From the IMG/VR virus record IMGVR_UViG_3300029533_000034: a DNA stretch of 64,000 bases. One strand, given 5' to 3'. Numbering within the stretch: the first letter of the stretch is position 1; every line of letters begins with the position of its first letter. A program made the translations under genes and the position numbers. A model generated the notes under the pieces. The model saw only the letters and a program-made list of their open reading frames with translations, was not told where the DNA came from and did no database searches. The stretch comes from a virus. Lineage: Duplodnaviria > Heunggongvirae > Uroviricota > Caudoviricetes. This document shows positions 40,834 to 50,859 of the stretch, in pieces.

Positions 40834-41030
40834 AGCTTATTTTTCCTTCTTTCTTCTTACATGTTTTTATTTTGTGTTATATCCATTTGTTGGATCAGTG
40901 CATCCCAATGAGGGAAAGCATTTTTGTTTCGTTTTGTGTTATTGTTGATCTGCGAAGAAGGGGATCCCCTTACTTCTGTCGTTGAGACTGATTGTTTCTT
41001 TTCTTCCATATTAGTTCTCCTGTTTCTTTG

Positions 41031-41537
41031 TTATCTTTGTTGTCTGTGCATAAGCCGGTATGCGGAATCGTGTAGGTCTTTAATGTATGCTTTTGTAAAA
41101 CGAGGTGAGGTATCAATGGTTCCCCATGCGCCGATGACTGCGAGCACAGCGGCAAGTATAATGCACGGACTCTTCAACGAACTTGCCGCGGAAGTAAGTC
41201 CATAGATAACAAGTCCAAGTGCAGCTATTACACAGATAACGGATACAACGGTATTATTTTTCCCTTTGTGTGCTTTCATCTGTTTTAGGCACATATAGTA
41301 GATTCTCCGGCTCTGTGTCTTAAGATCCTTATCCTTGAAATTATCCTTAAGAACATCATCTGCAATAGCACGGATTGGTATTTCACAATATGGAATTTTC
41401 TTAGATTCCCACATTGCAATGTGAATCTGTTGGCATAAATCCTCCAGTTCTTCTTTTTCGTCTTTTGTTAATTTTTCACTTTTTTTATTTATTTTTACGT
41501 TGCTTTTTATTAGTATCTGTTTTTCTCCCTTTTTCAT
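41031..41537 (-). CDS. Hypothetical membrane protein
   Basis: AAGGAG RBS; two C-terminal TM segments. Confidence 0.6.
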   Translation of the reverse strand: MKKGEKQILIKSNVKINKKSEKLTKDEKEELEDLCQQIHIAMWESKKIPYCEIPIRAIADDVLKDNFKDKDLKTQSRRIYYMCLKQMKAHKGKNNTVVSVICVIAALGLVIYGLTSAASSLKSPCIILAAVLAVIGAWGTIDTSPRFTKAYIKDLHDSAYRLMHRQQR

Positions 41538-41661
41538 AGTTTTTTCTCCTTATTGTTTTGTAAATGTATTTTAACCTTGTTGTATTGTCGCACCATCTTA
41601 TGTAACTCGTCAAGATAGTCACCAATATTTATCTTGCTTGCACAAATGATGCGTGCTTTTT

Positions 41662-41934
41662 GAAAGGAGATTCCTGTACGCCGATAGTTCTCACGCCAAC
41701 GCACGCTGCTGTTATTCTGGCGGTTATCGTTATTTTGGTTCAGTGGAGAATCCCACAGGCCGCATCCGGTCAGTGAAAATGTTAAACGAAACTGCATGCG
41801 GCAGTGAAAAGGGATAACCGGGAGTCGGACCCGGAACAGCTTACGCTGCGTCCACATTATCCCTTCCGGGTTTCCCCGGAAGCGTAAACAAATATCGAAA
41901 GGATTTCTGCCAGCCGGTAACCCTGGCAGCTCAG
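41662..41934 (-). ncRNA. Structured ncRNA, copy 2
   Basis: Inverted homolog of 13631-13939 lacking the ~30-nt AAGGATCGGGAGA..GTGCCGG segment. Directly downstream of the class B motif at 41957-41983(-). Confidence 0.75.
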
Positions 41935-42018
41935 CTATTTGACTCTTACACTATAGATATTGCGCCATCTGCCATTTCGTCAAAGTATTTTTGAAAACTT
42001 TTTGAATTTCTTTGCGTC

Positions 42019-42154
42019 GCAACATATATTGTCTGGCTATTGTCATATATCCACTTGGTTCAATCCATGCACCCTCGCGGGGTGCAACAAAATATCAAAT
42101 TGGTTCACATTTCCGCTTATAAATTTCAATCCATACACCCTGAAGGGGCACAAC
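42019..42154 (-). CRISPR. Orphan CRISPR mini-array, type I-C-like (two 32-nt repeats, 34-nt spacer, possible second 33-nt spacer and truncated third repeat)
   Basis: Minus strand: GTTGTGCCCCTTCAGGGTGTATGGATTGAAAT (42154-42123), GTTGCACCCCGCGAGGGTGCATGGATTGAACC (42088-42057), then GTTGC at 42023. Class B motif ~35 nt upstream. Confidence 0.8.
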
Positions 42155-42304
42155 TTAATGACGAATGTCAATATTTTCATCTTCATTATGTATATTGCGC
42201 CTTTTGAAAAATCGTCAAATAATTTCCGGGAACTTTTTTGAAATATTTTTAACGTTTCATATTACTGATGTAAAATATTTTCAAATATGAAAGGAGAAAA
42301 CATT

Positions 42305-42985
42305 ATGATGAAAGAAAAAAAGAGTCCATACGTGCTGGATGGCAATAAGGTTGCTGTCCGCGATGCTGCCGGAGATATTCTGGAGATGGTTGAGAATGTG
42401 CTTGACCGCTACGGCATTCATGTTCCGGATGAAGACCAGACACTGGATGAAAATAACGCCTGTCTTTACGGTATGACGTATAGTTTGCTGATGGACAGCA
42501 TTGCGTCCGTTGTGGCGGATATTGTGAAGGATGTCAACCCTGAGTATACCATTGAGGATTGTTTCGCGGGAAAGATGGGAAATCAGGAAGAATATTTCCC
42601 GATAGGCAGACTCCAGCTGGTATCAGGGGAATTTACGCAGATGCTTACAATCAGCACCATGCATATTTCTCCGAAAACAGTAGATCTGTTGGATCAGACA
42701 TGCGACCTCGTTTCGAAAAACCCGTTCCCTCCAAAATGTCTGCACTGTGGAAAGGAGATTGAAGTTACAAATAATCTTCCGCCTGTATTCGAGAAGGATG
42801 GATACGGATGGTTTATATTTGTTGATCCGGACACGATGAATGATAAGATCCCGGCTGATCTGTATCAGGCAATGGAATATACTGCAGAACAGGGATGTAC
42901 TTGGCTCTGCCTTGATGCGGATGCGGAAACCGTTCCGGGGCTTCCAACTTACGAGCGTAAGGATGGAGGTGAGGATCATGAGTAA
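42305..42985 (+). CDS. Hypothetical protein
   Basis: Class A motif and RBS; C-terminal MLTISTMHI...YGWFI..IPADL..GCTWLCLDAD. Confidence 0.7.
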   Translation: MMKEKKSPYVLDGNKVAVRDAAGDILEMVENVLDRYGIHVPDEDQTLDENNACLYGMTYSLLMDSIASVVADIVKDVNPEYTIEDCFAGKMGNQEEYFPIGRLQLVSGEFTQMLTISTMHISPKTVDLLDQTCDLVSKNPFPPKCLHCGKEIEVTNNLPPVFEKDGYGWFIFVDPDTMNDKIPADLYQAMEYTAEQGCTWLCLDADAETVPGLPTYERKDGGEDHE

Positions 42986-43484
42986 TGTTACAATTAAAGA
43001 TTTCCACGTTGGAGAATCTGCGTGGTCCATTGAACATTTCGGAAATACAAAGGAAATTGTTGAGGGAAAAGTAGTTAAAGTTGGCAGAAAGTATGTCACG
43101 ATGGATGGATTCGGACGGCAATATGCCGAGCTTCCCGGAGGTGGGGAGTATCTTACAGACCATGCTTCCTGTGGATACACTTCCTGCCTGTTTCCTTCAG
43201 AACAGGCTGCACAGGAATTTATCCAGAAAAAAGAGCTGATTTTAAAACTCCGAAGAAAAGTTGACCATATTTCTTCATCTGGTGAGGAATATACCTTAAC
43301 GGAGCTCAAAAAGGTTTACGAAATCTTAAATGGTGAAGCTAATCAGGAAAGTGGTGAACCGGAAACAACAAAAATAGTTGATGGCGTCACCGAATGCTGT
43401 GGCTACGATTTTGGAACGGACCAGTTCGATGAGGGCATTAAATATTGCCCGATGTGTGGCCGGAAGATTGTGAAGCGCGTTTAA
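42978..43484 (+). CDS. Hypothetical protein with C-terminal zinc ribbon
   Basis: GGAGG RBS; ECCG...YCPMCGRKI. Confidence 0.7.
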   Translation: MSNVTIKDFHVGESAWSIEHFGNTKEIVEGKVVKVGRKYVTMDGFGRQYAELPGGGEYLTDHASCGYTSCLFPSEQAAQEFIQKKELILKLRRKVDHISSSGEEYTLTELKKVYEILNGEANQESGEPETTKIVDGVTECCGYDFGTDQFDEGIKYCPMCGRKIVKRV

Positions 43485-43583
43485 AACAGGAATGAGAAAG
43501 AGGAACCTTCGGGTTCTTCTTTTTTTTGTTTCATATTAAAAATGTAAAACAAATATTTCAAATTTGAAAGGAGAAAATAAACC

Positions 43584-43874
43584 ATGGAAGAAGTACGAGA
43601 AAACAAGAAAATCAATGAGGAAGCAAAGTCTCAGGGACGTCCGCAGTATATCGACGTTAATGTGCCGGGAGGTTTCATTCGCGCAACTGCATGCATTGAC
43701 CCGGATTACCCAGGAATCGATATTGAATTCGTTCCGGATAAAAATGGTAATCCGGAGGCATTGTCCCTTCCAAGGGTTCTTTTTGAGAAACCGGTGGAGG
43801 ATGGGAAACTTCGTGCAATCGTCTGGGGAGATGAAATGAAAGAAGACCCGACTCTCAAGGTTGAGTTTCTTTAG
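43584..43874 (+). CDS. Hypothetical protein
   Basis: Class A motif and GAAAGGAG. Confidence 0.65.
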   Translation: MEEVRENKKINEEAKSQGRPQYIDVNVPGGFIRATACIDPDYPGIDIEFVPDKNGNPEALSLPRVLFEKPVEDGKLRAIVWGDEMKEDPTLKVEFL

Positions 43875-43904
43875 AATCAGGCTTACCGGAAGGAGAAATG
43901 TGGT

Positions 43905-44243
43905 ATGTATTACAGATATGAGGCACGGCGCACGGATGGGGAAGATCATGAATTTAAAGGCATCTTCCACATCTTTACGTCCAGCCAGCGGAGAAAGTGG
44001 TATTGTCTGGCAGTACCAAAATGGTATGAGAAAAATCCGAATGTCGAGAGTCAGGCATGGTTTACCCAGCATGGCTACAACAAATGGCATGAGACGATGG
44101 AAGAGACGATACTCGAGTTTTTGGATTGGTTTGCCGAAGGCACTTACGAGATACGGCTTTTAAAAAAAGAAACGCTGGAAAATGTTGTCTTCAAAGGGAA
44201 AACACAATGCATTATCAAATTGCCAGTAAAAGAGTCTGCGTAA
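43905..44243 (+). CDS. Hypothetical protein
   Basis: AAGGAG RBS. Confidence 0.6.
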   Translation: MYYRYEARRTDGEDHEFKGIFHIFTSSQRRKWYCLAVPKWYEKNPNVESQAWFTQHGYNKWHETMEETILEFLDWFAEGTYEIRLLKKETLENVVFKGKTQCIIKLPVKESA

Positions 44244-44291
44244 TACAGACTCTTTCAGATAGTTAACATGAACTTTACCGGAGGTATATAC

Positions 44292-44552
44292 ATGAGAATT
44301 GCAAAGAATTTTGATAATTTTGTTTCAGAGTGTCCATATTTCAATGGGAACGCGGATGTTAATAATGGATATGGATGTGAACATAAAGCACAAAAAGAAG
44401 TCGAAAATGGACAGGGAAAATGCTACTGTTGGTCATGTCCATGTGGTTATCCTGCAGACGAAGAAAGTTTACAGGAAAATGATATTACCTGGGAAGGTGG
44501 AAAGCCGGAAGAGGGGAGTATGGAAGAAGATTCATACATCATTTTGTCCTAA
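44292..44552 (+). CDS. Small Cys-rich hypothetical protein
   Basis: GGAGG RBS; CPYF..GC.H..KCYCWSCPCG. Confidence 0.6.
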   Translation: MRIAKNFDNFVSECPYFNGNADVNNGYGCEHKAQKEVENGQGKCYCWSCPCGYPADEESLQENDITWEGGKPEEGSMEEDSYIILS

Positions 44553-44711
44553 TAAATAAGAAAAATCAAAAGAGTTCGTAATACTTGCGGGCTCTTTTTT
44601 TTTGCATATTTTTCAAAAATTTCTCCAGAAATTTTGACGAATTTCCATATGACGCAATATATACAGTGAAGATATAAAACGACAAATTTTCGAAGAAAGG
44701 AAAAGAAAAAT

Positions 44712-45530
44712 ATGGAAGAGAAGAAGTATAAATCGGATCTTGAGATGGTCCGTGAAGGTTCTATCTTAAAAGAGTATAACATCAAGAAAAATTTTGTAAA
44801 TGTTACGCCAGCACCGACGATCGGGAAAGTAAAAATCTCCATTGTTGCCTTAAATTCCGGAGGAAAGGATTATACTGATTTTTATCTTGATATTGAAGAA
44901 TTCCGGCAGTTCTGTGTGGAGATTGAAAACGGCATTGCGCAGAAGAAAATCATGGCTGACAATAACCAGTACCCATCTGCTTACAAGTGGACAGCAGGTA
45001 ATAATGGATGCCGTCATTTTAATATTGGCAAAGGGCGTGCGGGAGTTGTTTTCCAGGTACAGAATACATCAAAAAAGCAGAATAAGATGGTCGCTGTTAC
45101 CCCGCATTCATTAAAAAAGATGGCATTTTTGTTCCGTCTTTTAATGGGGCTGGTTCCGGTGACGCCAAAGACGTATTACAGCAACCTTATTTATGAATTC
45201 TATGTAAACGAAGCAAAGCGCAGCTCCTATTATAAGAAGGATATCCAGAACGGGGATTTCGATGCAAACGATTCCCTTGATGCTCCGGGGGAAACCCATG
45301 CAGAGTCCGGACAGCAGGCGCAGTCTCCATTGCCACAACAGCCCACGGGGCAGGATGATCCGTTTACAGGAAGGAATAACCAGGCACCTGCCCCGGTGCA
45401 GCCTGCGGCGCCATCCGGTGGTAATTCGGCAGACGATAAGGATCCATTTGCAATTTTTAATGACGACAGTGAGGAATCAGATCCGTTCATTCCGGGAACA
45501 AACGGGCTTGCCGGATGGGGGAAAAACTAG
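44712..45530 (+). CDS. Hypothetical protein with disordered acidic DPF-repeat tail (possible ssDNA-binding protein)
   Basis: Class B motif upstream; tail DDPF..DKDPF..ESDPF..AGW; directly upstream of recA. Confidence 0.6.
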   Translation: MEEKKYKSDLEMVREGSILKEYNIKKNFVNVTPAPTIGKVKISIVALNSGGKDYTDFYLDIEEFRQFCVEIENGIAQKKIMADNNQYPSAYKWTAGNNGCRHFNIGKGRAGVVFQVQNTSKKQNKMVAVTPHSLKKMAFLFRLLMGLVPVTPKTYYSNLIYEFYVNEAKRSSYYKKDIQNGDFDANDSLDAPGETHAESGQQAQSPLPQQPTGQDDPFTGRNNQAPAPVQPAAPSGGNSADDKDPFAIFNDDSEESDPFIPGTNGLAGWGKN

Positions 45531-45592
45531 GAAGAGAAAAATAAAACAGGCTGGCGTTTCTGCCAGTCTGATAAAAAAGGAGAATATGACAG

Positions 45593-46687
45593 ATGGCAAA
45601 AGAAGTAAAAGAAGAAAAGAACAGCAAGATTGCGGCACTTGAGGCAGCAATTGACCATATAAATAAGCAATATGGTGCAGGCGCCGTCATGAAGCTGGGG
45701 GAGAACACCCATATGACAGTTGAAACAATCTCGACCGGTTCCCTGTCCCTTGACCTTGCACTTGGAGTCGGGGGAGTACCAAAGGGACGTATTATTGAGA
45801 TTTATGGTCCAGAGTCCGGTGGAAAGACAACGATGGCACTGCATATGGTAGCAGAGGTGCAGAAAACCGGAGGAGTAGCTGCCTTCATTGATGCGGAGCA
45901 TGCGCTTGATCCTTCCTATGCAAGAAATATCGGGGTTGATATTGACGATCTTTACGTTTCCCAGCCGGACTGTGGGGAACAGGCACTGGAAATTACAGAG
46001 ACCATGGTGCGTTCCGGCGCAGTGGATATTGTCGTTGTTGACTCTGTTGCTGCCCTGACGCCAAAGGCGGAGATTGACGGGGATATGGGAGACCCGCATG
46101 TCGGGCTGCAGGCGCGTCTGATGAGTCAGGCATTAAGAAAACTTACGGGTGTGATTGCGAATACCAAATGTACTGTTGTATTCATCAATCAGTTGAGAGA
46201 AAAGGTCGGCATTATGTTTGGAAACCCGGAGACAACGGCAGGCGGGCGTGCACTCAAATTCTATGCTTCCGTCCGTCTGGATGTAAGAAAAACAGAGACG
46301 GTAAAGAAAGAGGGGCAGGCGGTTTCTAACCGTGTGAAGGTTAAGGTGGTCAAAAATAAGGTTGCACCGCCATTCAAGGAAGCCATGACGGAGATCGTAT
46401 TCGGACAGGGCATTGATATTTATGGGGAAATCGTGGACCTCGGAACAGACCGTGGAATCATTTCTAAACGTGGTGCGTGGTTTACCATGCCGGATGGAAA
46501 GCAGTGCCAGGGACGTGATGGATCAAATGGAGCAAAACAGTATCTGAAGGAGCATCCGGATATTGCAGAAGCGATTAAGGATGAAATTCTTGGAAAGAAT
46601 ATGGATACAGAAATGGCGGATGACAGTGCTCCGGCGGAAGTGGGTACAGCAGACGGAACCCTTGAACCGGAAGAAATGGAAGCTTAA
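45593..46687 (+). CDS. recA: Recombinase RecA
   Basis: [44 protein letters not shown]. Confidence 0.98.
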   Translation: MAKEVKEEKNSKIAALEAAIDHINKQYGAGAVMKLGENTHMTVETISTGSLSLDLALGVGGVPKGRIIEIYGPESGGKTTMALHMVAEVQKTGGVAAFIDAEHALDPSYARNIGVDIDDLYVSQPDCGEQALEITETMVRSGAVDIVVVDSVAALTPKAEIDGDMGDPHVGLQARLMSQALRKLTGVIANTKCTVVFINQLREKVGIMFGNPETTAGGRALKFYASVRLDVRKTETVKKEGQAVSNRVKVKVVKNKVAPPFKEAMTEIVFGQGIDIYGEIVDLGTDRGIISKRGAWFTMPDGKQCQGRDGSNGAKQYLKEHPDIAEAIKDEILGKNMDTEMADDSAPAEVGTADGTLEPEEMEA

Positions 46688-46843
46688 GCGGCGAGCAGTA
46701 AGAAGAAAGATCATTTTTTTTGGTCTTTCTTCTTATTTTTTTTTCAATTTTCTCACAAAAACCATTCATCACAAACTTTTTTTCATTTCATATTGATAAA
46801 TGTACAAAACATTATTTTTTATTATCGAAAGGAGAATGAAATT

Positions 46844-47194
46844 ATGAAGGTATCAGAAGTAAGAATTATACCGGTGAAATCCGGTAATGGATCAACAAAG
46901 GCATATGCTTCAATTAACTTAGACGGGGTATTCGCAGTCAATGATATCCGTGTCGTTGAGGGGAAGAAGGGATTATTTATTTCCCTCCCAAACCGTAAAG
47001 GTAAAGATAAGGATGGCAATGAGAAATATTATGATATTGCCTTCCCGACAACTGCCGAACTCCGTAAGGAGATTAGTGATGCTGTTATTGCTAAGTACAA
47101 TGAGACATTGCAGTCTCAGCCACAGTCGAATGCTGACGGAGCTTCGCAGCCTGCAGATGATGATGATCCGTTCTCAGGTGTAGCAGGATGGTAA
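46844..47194 (+). CDS. spoVG: SpoVG-family nucleic acid-binding protein with acidic tail
   Basis: KAYASINLDGVFAVNDIRVVEGKKGLFISLP...YYDIAFP. Confidence 0.9.
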   Translation: MKVSEVRIIPVKSGNGSTKAYASINLDGVFAVNDIRVVEGKKGLFISLPNRKGKDKDGNEKYYDIAFPTTAELRKEISDAVIAKYNETLQSQPQSNADGASQPADDDDPFSGVAGW

Positions 47195-47283
47195 GAAAGA
47201 AAAGGAGGGCTTCGGCTCTTCTTTTTTTTTTTCATATTAAAGATGTAAAACAAATATTTCAAATTCGAAAGGAGAAAACAATT

Positions 47284-48069
47284 ATGGTAAACAGAAATGA
47301 AAGATATTGGAAGAACAAAGGGGAAAGAGCAGCTGCCGCAAAGAATCATCTGGCTTATGTTTCAGAGAAATATAAAGAAGAGATCAGCGAGCAGGTGGTA
47401 AATACTGTCATGTACGATGCCCGAGTGATGCAGAGATCAGATAAGAGTGGGAAACCACGGCAATTTTTTTTGTCAGCAGATACAGTAACAGCTATTTTTA
47501 CCGCTAAGCGTAGCAAAGATACCGGTAAAGTGGCAGCGTTGAATTTTGCGTCATTCAAAAATCCCGGCGGAATGTTTCTTGCTGGAAGCAAGGCACAGGA
47601 AGAATGCCTTTGTATGGATTCAACACTGTATCCGGTACTTAACAGCTTCCGTGGAACATATTACGAACCAAATAAAAAGCTTTTGAATCGGTCATTGTAT
47701 ACAGATCGCGCATTGTATACGCCAGATGTCGTTTTTGAAAACGAGGAGTGTACGGTCAAAGCAGACATCATAACCTGTGCTGCGCCAAATAAGTATGCCG
47801 CGCAGAAATACCAGAAGGTCAGCGACGAGGAAAATGAGAAAGTCTTGATAAATCGGCTTCTTTTCATCCGGGATATCGTAGCCGATCAGGGTGTCGATAC
47901 ATTAATTCTCGGTGCTTTTGGCTGTGGTGTGTTTGGACAGGATCCACAGCAGGTTGCAGAACTGATGGATGAAATTTTTGGTGTTGCCTCTATTGAGAAT
48001 ATTGTGTATGCTGTACCTGGGTATGATAAAACGGCCATGGTATTTGAGAAACATTTTTCCGAGAAGTAG
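47284..48069 (+). CDS. Microbial-type PARG (TIGR02452/DUF2263 macrodomain)
   Basis: LNFASFKNPGGMFLAGSKAQEECLC, LYTPDV, ITCAAPN, LILGAFGCGVF. Confidence 0.9.
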   Translation: MVNRNERYWKNKGERAAAAKNHLAYVSEKYKEEISEQVVNTVMYDARVMQRSDKSGKPRQFFLSADTVTAIFTAKRSKDTGKVAALNFASFKNPGGMFLAGSKAQEECLCMDSTLYPVLNSFRGTYYEPNKKLLNRSLYTDRALYTPDVVFENEECTVKADIITCAAPNKYAAQKYQKVSDEENEKVLINRLLFIRDIVADQGVDTLILGAFGCGVFGQDPQQVAELMDEIFGVASIENIVYAVPGYDKTAMVFEKHFSEK

Positions 48070-48084
48070 GGCAGGGGGTACTGG

Positions 48085-48768
48085 ATGAGATATTTTTTGA
48101 ACAGCAAAGGTGGTATTGTTAAATACTATGATTCGGATCTTGCCCTCGTACAGACTGTTTCCAAACGGGACCTTTTACATGGGCTTGGTGTAGTTAAGGA
48201 AGACTATGAAACCTGCAAGTTAATGGAAGGTTACTATGCTATTCGGTATTTAGGGGGAAGACCTACACGTTTCTGGGGTGACACCCGGCTTACAGCATCG
48301 CTGATCGAAAAAACCTGTGGTATTTCGATTAACCGCATCCGGTTTGCTTCTGTGGCATCCCGGATACAGGAAGGGGCGGCATTGGATGACATTGTTTCTC
48401 TTTACGTGGAAATCCCGGCGATTTTGGAGGAAATCAAGGAAAAGACTGTCAAGAAACTGCCGGCTCCATATGTCTGCCACATCCGCCCAATACGGATTGA
48501 ACGCGCTACTGAAAATAAGGATACAAATACCTTTGATTTTATCCGTCTTGAGTATGTCCTGTATACGGGCGTTAAGAAGGAAGATGTGCTTAAGGATGTG
48601 CGGGAACATACACGAAAGTATGTTGACTGCGCGACAGAGTACATTGCATCCCAGAAGAAATTCCAGAAATTCGGTGTGCCGGTCAATGTACTCCGGCTGG
48701 CGAAAGCAACATTAACACGCGACATGACGCTTGAATTCCTTTTTGAACTCAAGAAGCCATCCGTGTGA
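48085..48768 (+). CDS. Hypothetical protein
   Basis: 227-aa ORF after PARG, followed by a terminator. Confidence 0.6.
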   Translation: MRYFLNSKGGIVKYYDSDLALVQTVSKRDLLHGLGVVKEDYETCKLMEGYYAIRYLGGRPTRFWGDTRLTASLIEKTCGISINRIRFASVASRIQEGAALDDIVSLYVEIPAILEEIKEKTVKKLPAPYVCHIRPIRIERATENKDTNTFDFIRLEYVLYTGVKKEDVLKDVREHTRKYVDCATEYIASQKKFQKFGVPVNVLRLAKATLTRDMTLEFLFELKKPSV

Positions 48769-48872
48769 TACCTTAACAAAAAACACAAAAAGGGTTCGCA
48801 GAAATGCGGGCTCTTTTTTTGTCTCATATTTTCTTATGGAAACAATTTTTCAGAACCGAAAGGAGAGACAAT

Positions 48873-50018
48873 ATGAGAAATGAAAAGAATCCGGATGCCT
48901 CGCGTATGGTATTCCCGGGCATGCTTGATGGTGTCGGGATCAATCCGATGGTGGCAAAACGATTTGGCATTCAAAATGAGTCCCAGCTTCTGGATATGGC
49001 AAGTACCGGACGGGAATTGCTCCGGGAGTACAACGTTGCATTACTATGTGCAGGAATCGCGATGTCTCGCGCAGAGATCAAGACGAAAAACCGGATTGAT
49101 CTGCGCGGCCTGTGTACCTACGAAAAGTACAAAGGGAAAGCAGATGAGAAGAACCGTATCCCGGATATTGACGGGAAACGCCTTACGAGTGAATTCCTGT
49201 ATAGCAATTACTGGTACTGCTATATCCCGTGTTTTTCAGAAGGTGCCATGCAGCTTAATACAGACCGGTATGTGTACTGGAAGGTTGCAAAGGTTGACAC
49301 TACAGAGGGTGCCATGGATGTGTTTATCTGCGATTACAACCGGATAGGCAGTGTCTGGCAGATGGGAGTAAGTACAGATGTGCATTACCAGTTCTGGGAT
49401 GCCGACAAGGTCCGGGAGCGGTATACCGTAGATACCGTCCGCTACGTTACCGTTTCAGGCGGTGTCAACGTGCAGCTGGATAACTGCCGGGAATATTCTA
49501 AAATATACCGTCTTTTGCCTATGGACAGTTTTTCGTGGTCAGAGAAAGAAAGAGAGATTTGGAACAAATTCATTGCGAATGCCGAGACAGACGAAAAGCA
49601 GAATCTTTCCTTAAAGGGAAGCAACAGCTGCTATGAGCTTTCGAAGATCTTTACCCACTTTGTCATGCTTTCCAATCAGGAGTTGTGGCTTAATAAGCCA
49701 AAAGCTGTCCGGAGCGGACGAAACGTTTCTGGTGAAACAAGGAAAACAGAGGTAGGCGATGAGAAAGAGATCAAGAGAATTGTTCGTACTGTAGGCGGTA
49801 TCAAGATGACTTCCCAAAAACCGCCGAGACTGCCATCCGCAAATTCCATCGTCCACTACAAAACAGCTGTATGGACTGCCCGTGGCGGTGTGCGCCGCAT
49901 GAAGAGCGGGAAGCTCGTTCCATTCAAAGAGTCCGTGCGGCACCGTAAGTGTTTACAGAAAACGGGTGACCAGGCGCCGCAGACAACGATCCTGTTGAGG
50001 GGAACGACGCAGAAGTAA
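48873..50018 (+). CDS. Hypothetical protein with basic C-terminus
   Basis: Class A motif and RBS; C-terminal WTARGGVRRMKSGKLVP. Confidence 0.7.
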   Translation: MRNEKNPDASRMVFPGMLDGVGINPMVAKRFGIQNESQLLDMASTGRELLREYNVALLCAGIAMSRAEIKTKNRIDLRGLCTYEKYKGKADEKNRIPDIDGKRLTSEFLYSNYWYCYIPCFSEGAMQLNTDRYVYWKVAKVDTTEGAMDVFICDYNRIGSVWQMGVSTDVHYQFWDADKVRERYTVDTVRYVTVSGGVNVQLDNCREYSKIYRLLPMDSFSWSEKEREIWNKFIANAETDEKQNLSLKGSNSCYELSKIFTHFVMLSNQELWLNKPKAVRSGRNVSGETRKTEVGDEKEIKRIVRTVGGIKMTSQKPPRLPSANSIVHYKTAVWTARGGVRRMKSGKLVPFKESVRHRKCLQKTGDQAPQTTILLRGTTQK

Positions 50019-50267
50019 GAAGAGAAAGAAGAGCCTTTTGGGGTTCTTCTTTTTTGTGTGTGCGTGGATGGCAGAGATGTAATACAAAAACACATTTGAT
50101 GGTTGTGGGAAGAAGATGGTTACTCATTTCCGAGAAATGTGCATAGTTGCAATTTTATGGCGAAAAGCCCACAGGCTTGTCTGTGGGATGAAAGCTCCCA
50201 TTTTCCACTTGATTTTTGCATAGATTTGATATACAATATATGTATAAATAGGAGGGACTTAATTCAA

Positions 50268-50438
50268 ATGGGAAGACCTAAATCAAATAACGTACAAATA
50301 AACATATCCATTCCTTTGGAGTGGAAAACAGAACTGGAGAACCTTGCGCGTATTTATTCTGTCGAGGAAGGAAAAACAGTAACTTTCCTTGATTTAATGC
50401 GCAGGGGTATCAAAGAAAAATATCAACTTGGAGAATAA
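50268..50438 (+). CDS. Small ribbon-helix-helix-like protein inside the IS
   Basis: GGAGG RBS; MGRPKSNNVQINISIPLEWK. Confidence 0.55.
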   Translation: MGRPKSNNVQINISIPLEWKTELENLARIYSVEEGKTVTFLDLMRRGIKEKYQLGE

Positions 50439-50859
50439 GATCATGGGTGACACACAGTACCACAGCGCTTCATATTGTAAATATCTGATACAGTATCACA
50501 TCATCTGGTGCCCGAAATTCAGGTTCTCTGTATTGCACGACAACGTAGATGTTGCATTAAAGAAAATACTGCAGGAAATATGTAATAAATACAAATATCA
50601 TATAAAAGCACTTGAAGTAATGTCGGACCATATCCACATATTTGTGGATGTCCCACAGACGGTTGCCCCATGTGATGTCGTAAGGACGCTGAAAAGCATA
50701 AGTGCCATTGAATTGTTCAAAGCATATCCACAGTTAAAGCGTTTCTATGCAAAGTGCGGAGTTTTGTGGTCAAGAGGATATTTTATTTCAACAGTCGGAC
50801 ACATAAGTGAAGCTACAGTGATCAAATATATCGAGGAGCAGAAAACGAATGGAAGCTGA
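50428..50859 (+). CDS. tnpA: IS200/IS605 Y1 HUH transposase
   Basis: YHIIWCPKFR, DHIHIF, LWSRGYF, IKYIEEQ. Confidence 0.95.
   Translation: MENKIMGDTQYHSASYCKYLIQYHIIWCPKFRFSVLHDNVDVALKKILQEICNKYKYHIKALEVMSDHIHIFVDVPQTVAPCDVVRTLKSISAIELFKAYPQLKRFYAKCGVLWSRGYFISTVGHISEATVIKYIEEQKTNGS

Noticed and set aside
40876..40920. GTTATATCC..GGAT and GCATCCC..GGGA fragments resembling repeat halves
   Set aside because: No ATTGAAA end; too degenerate.
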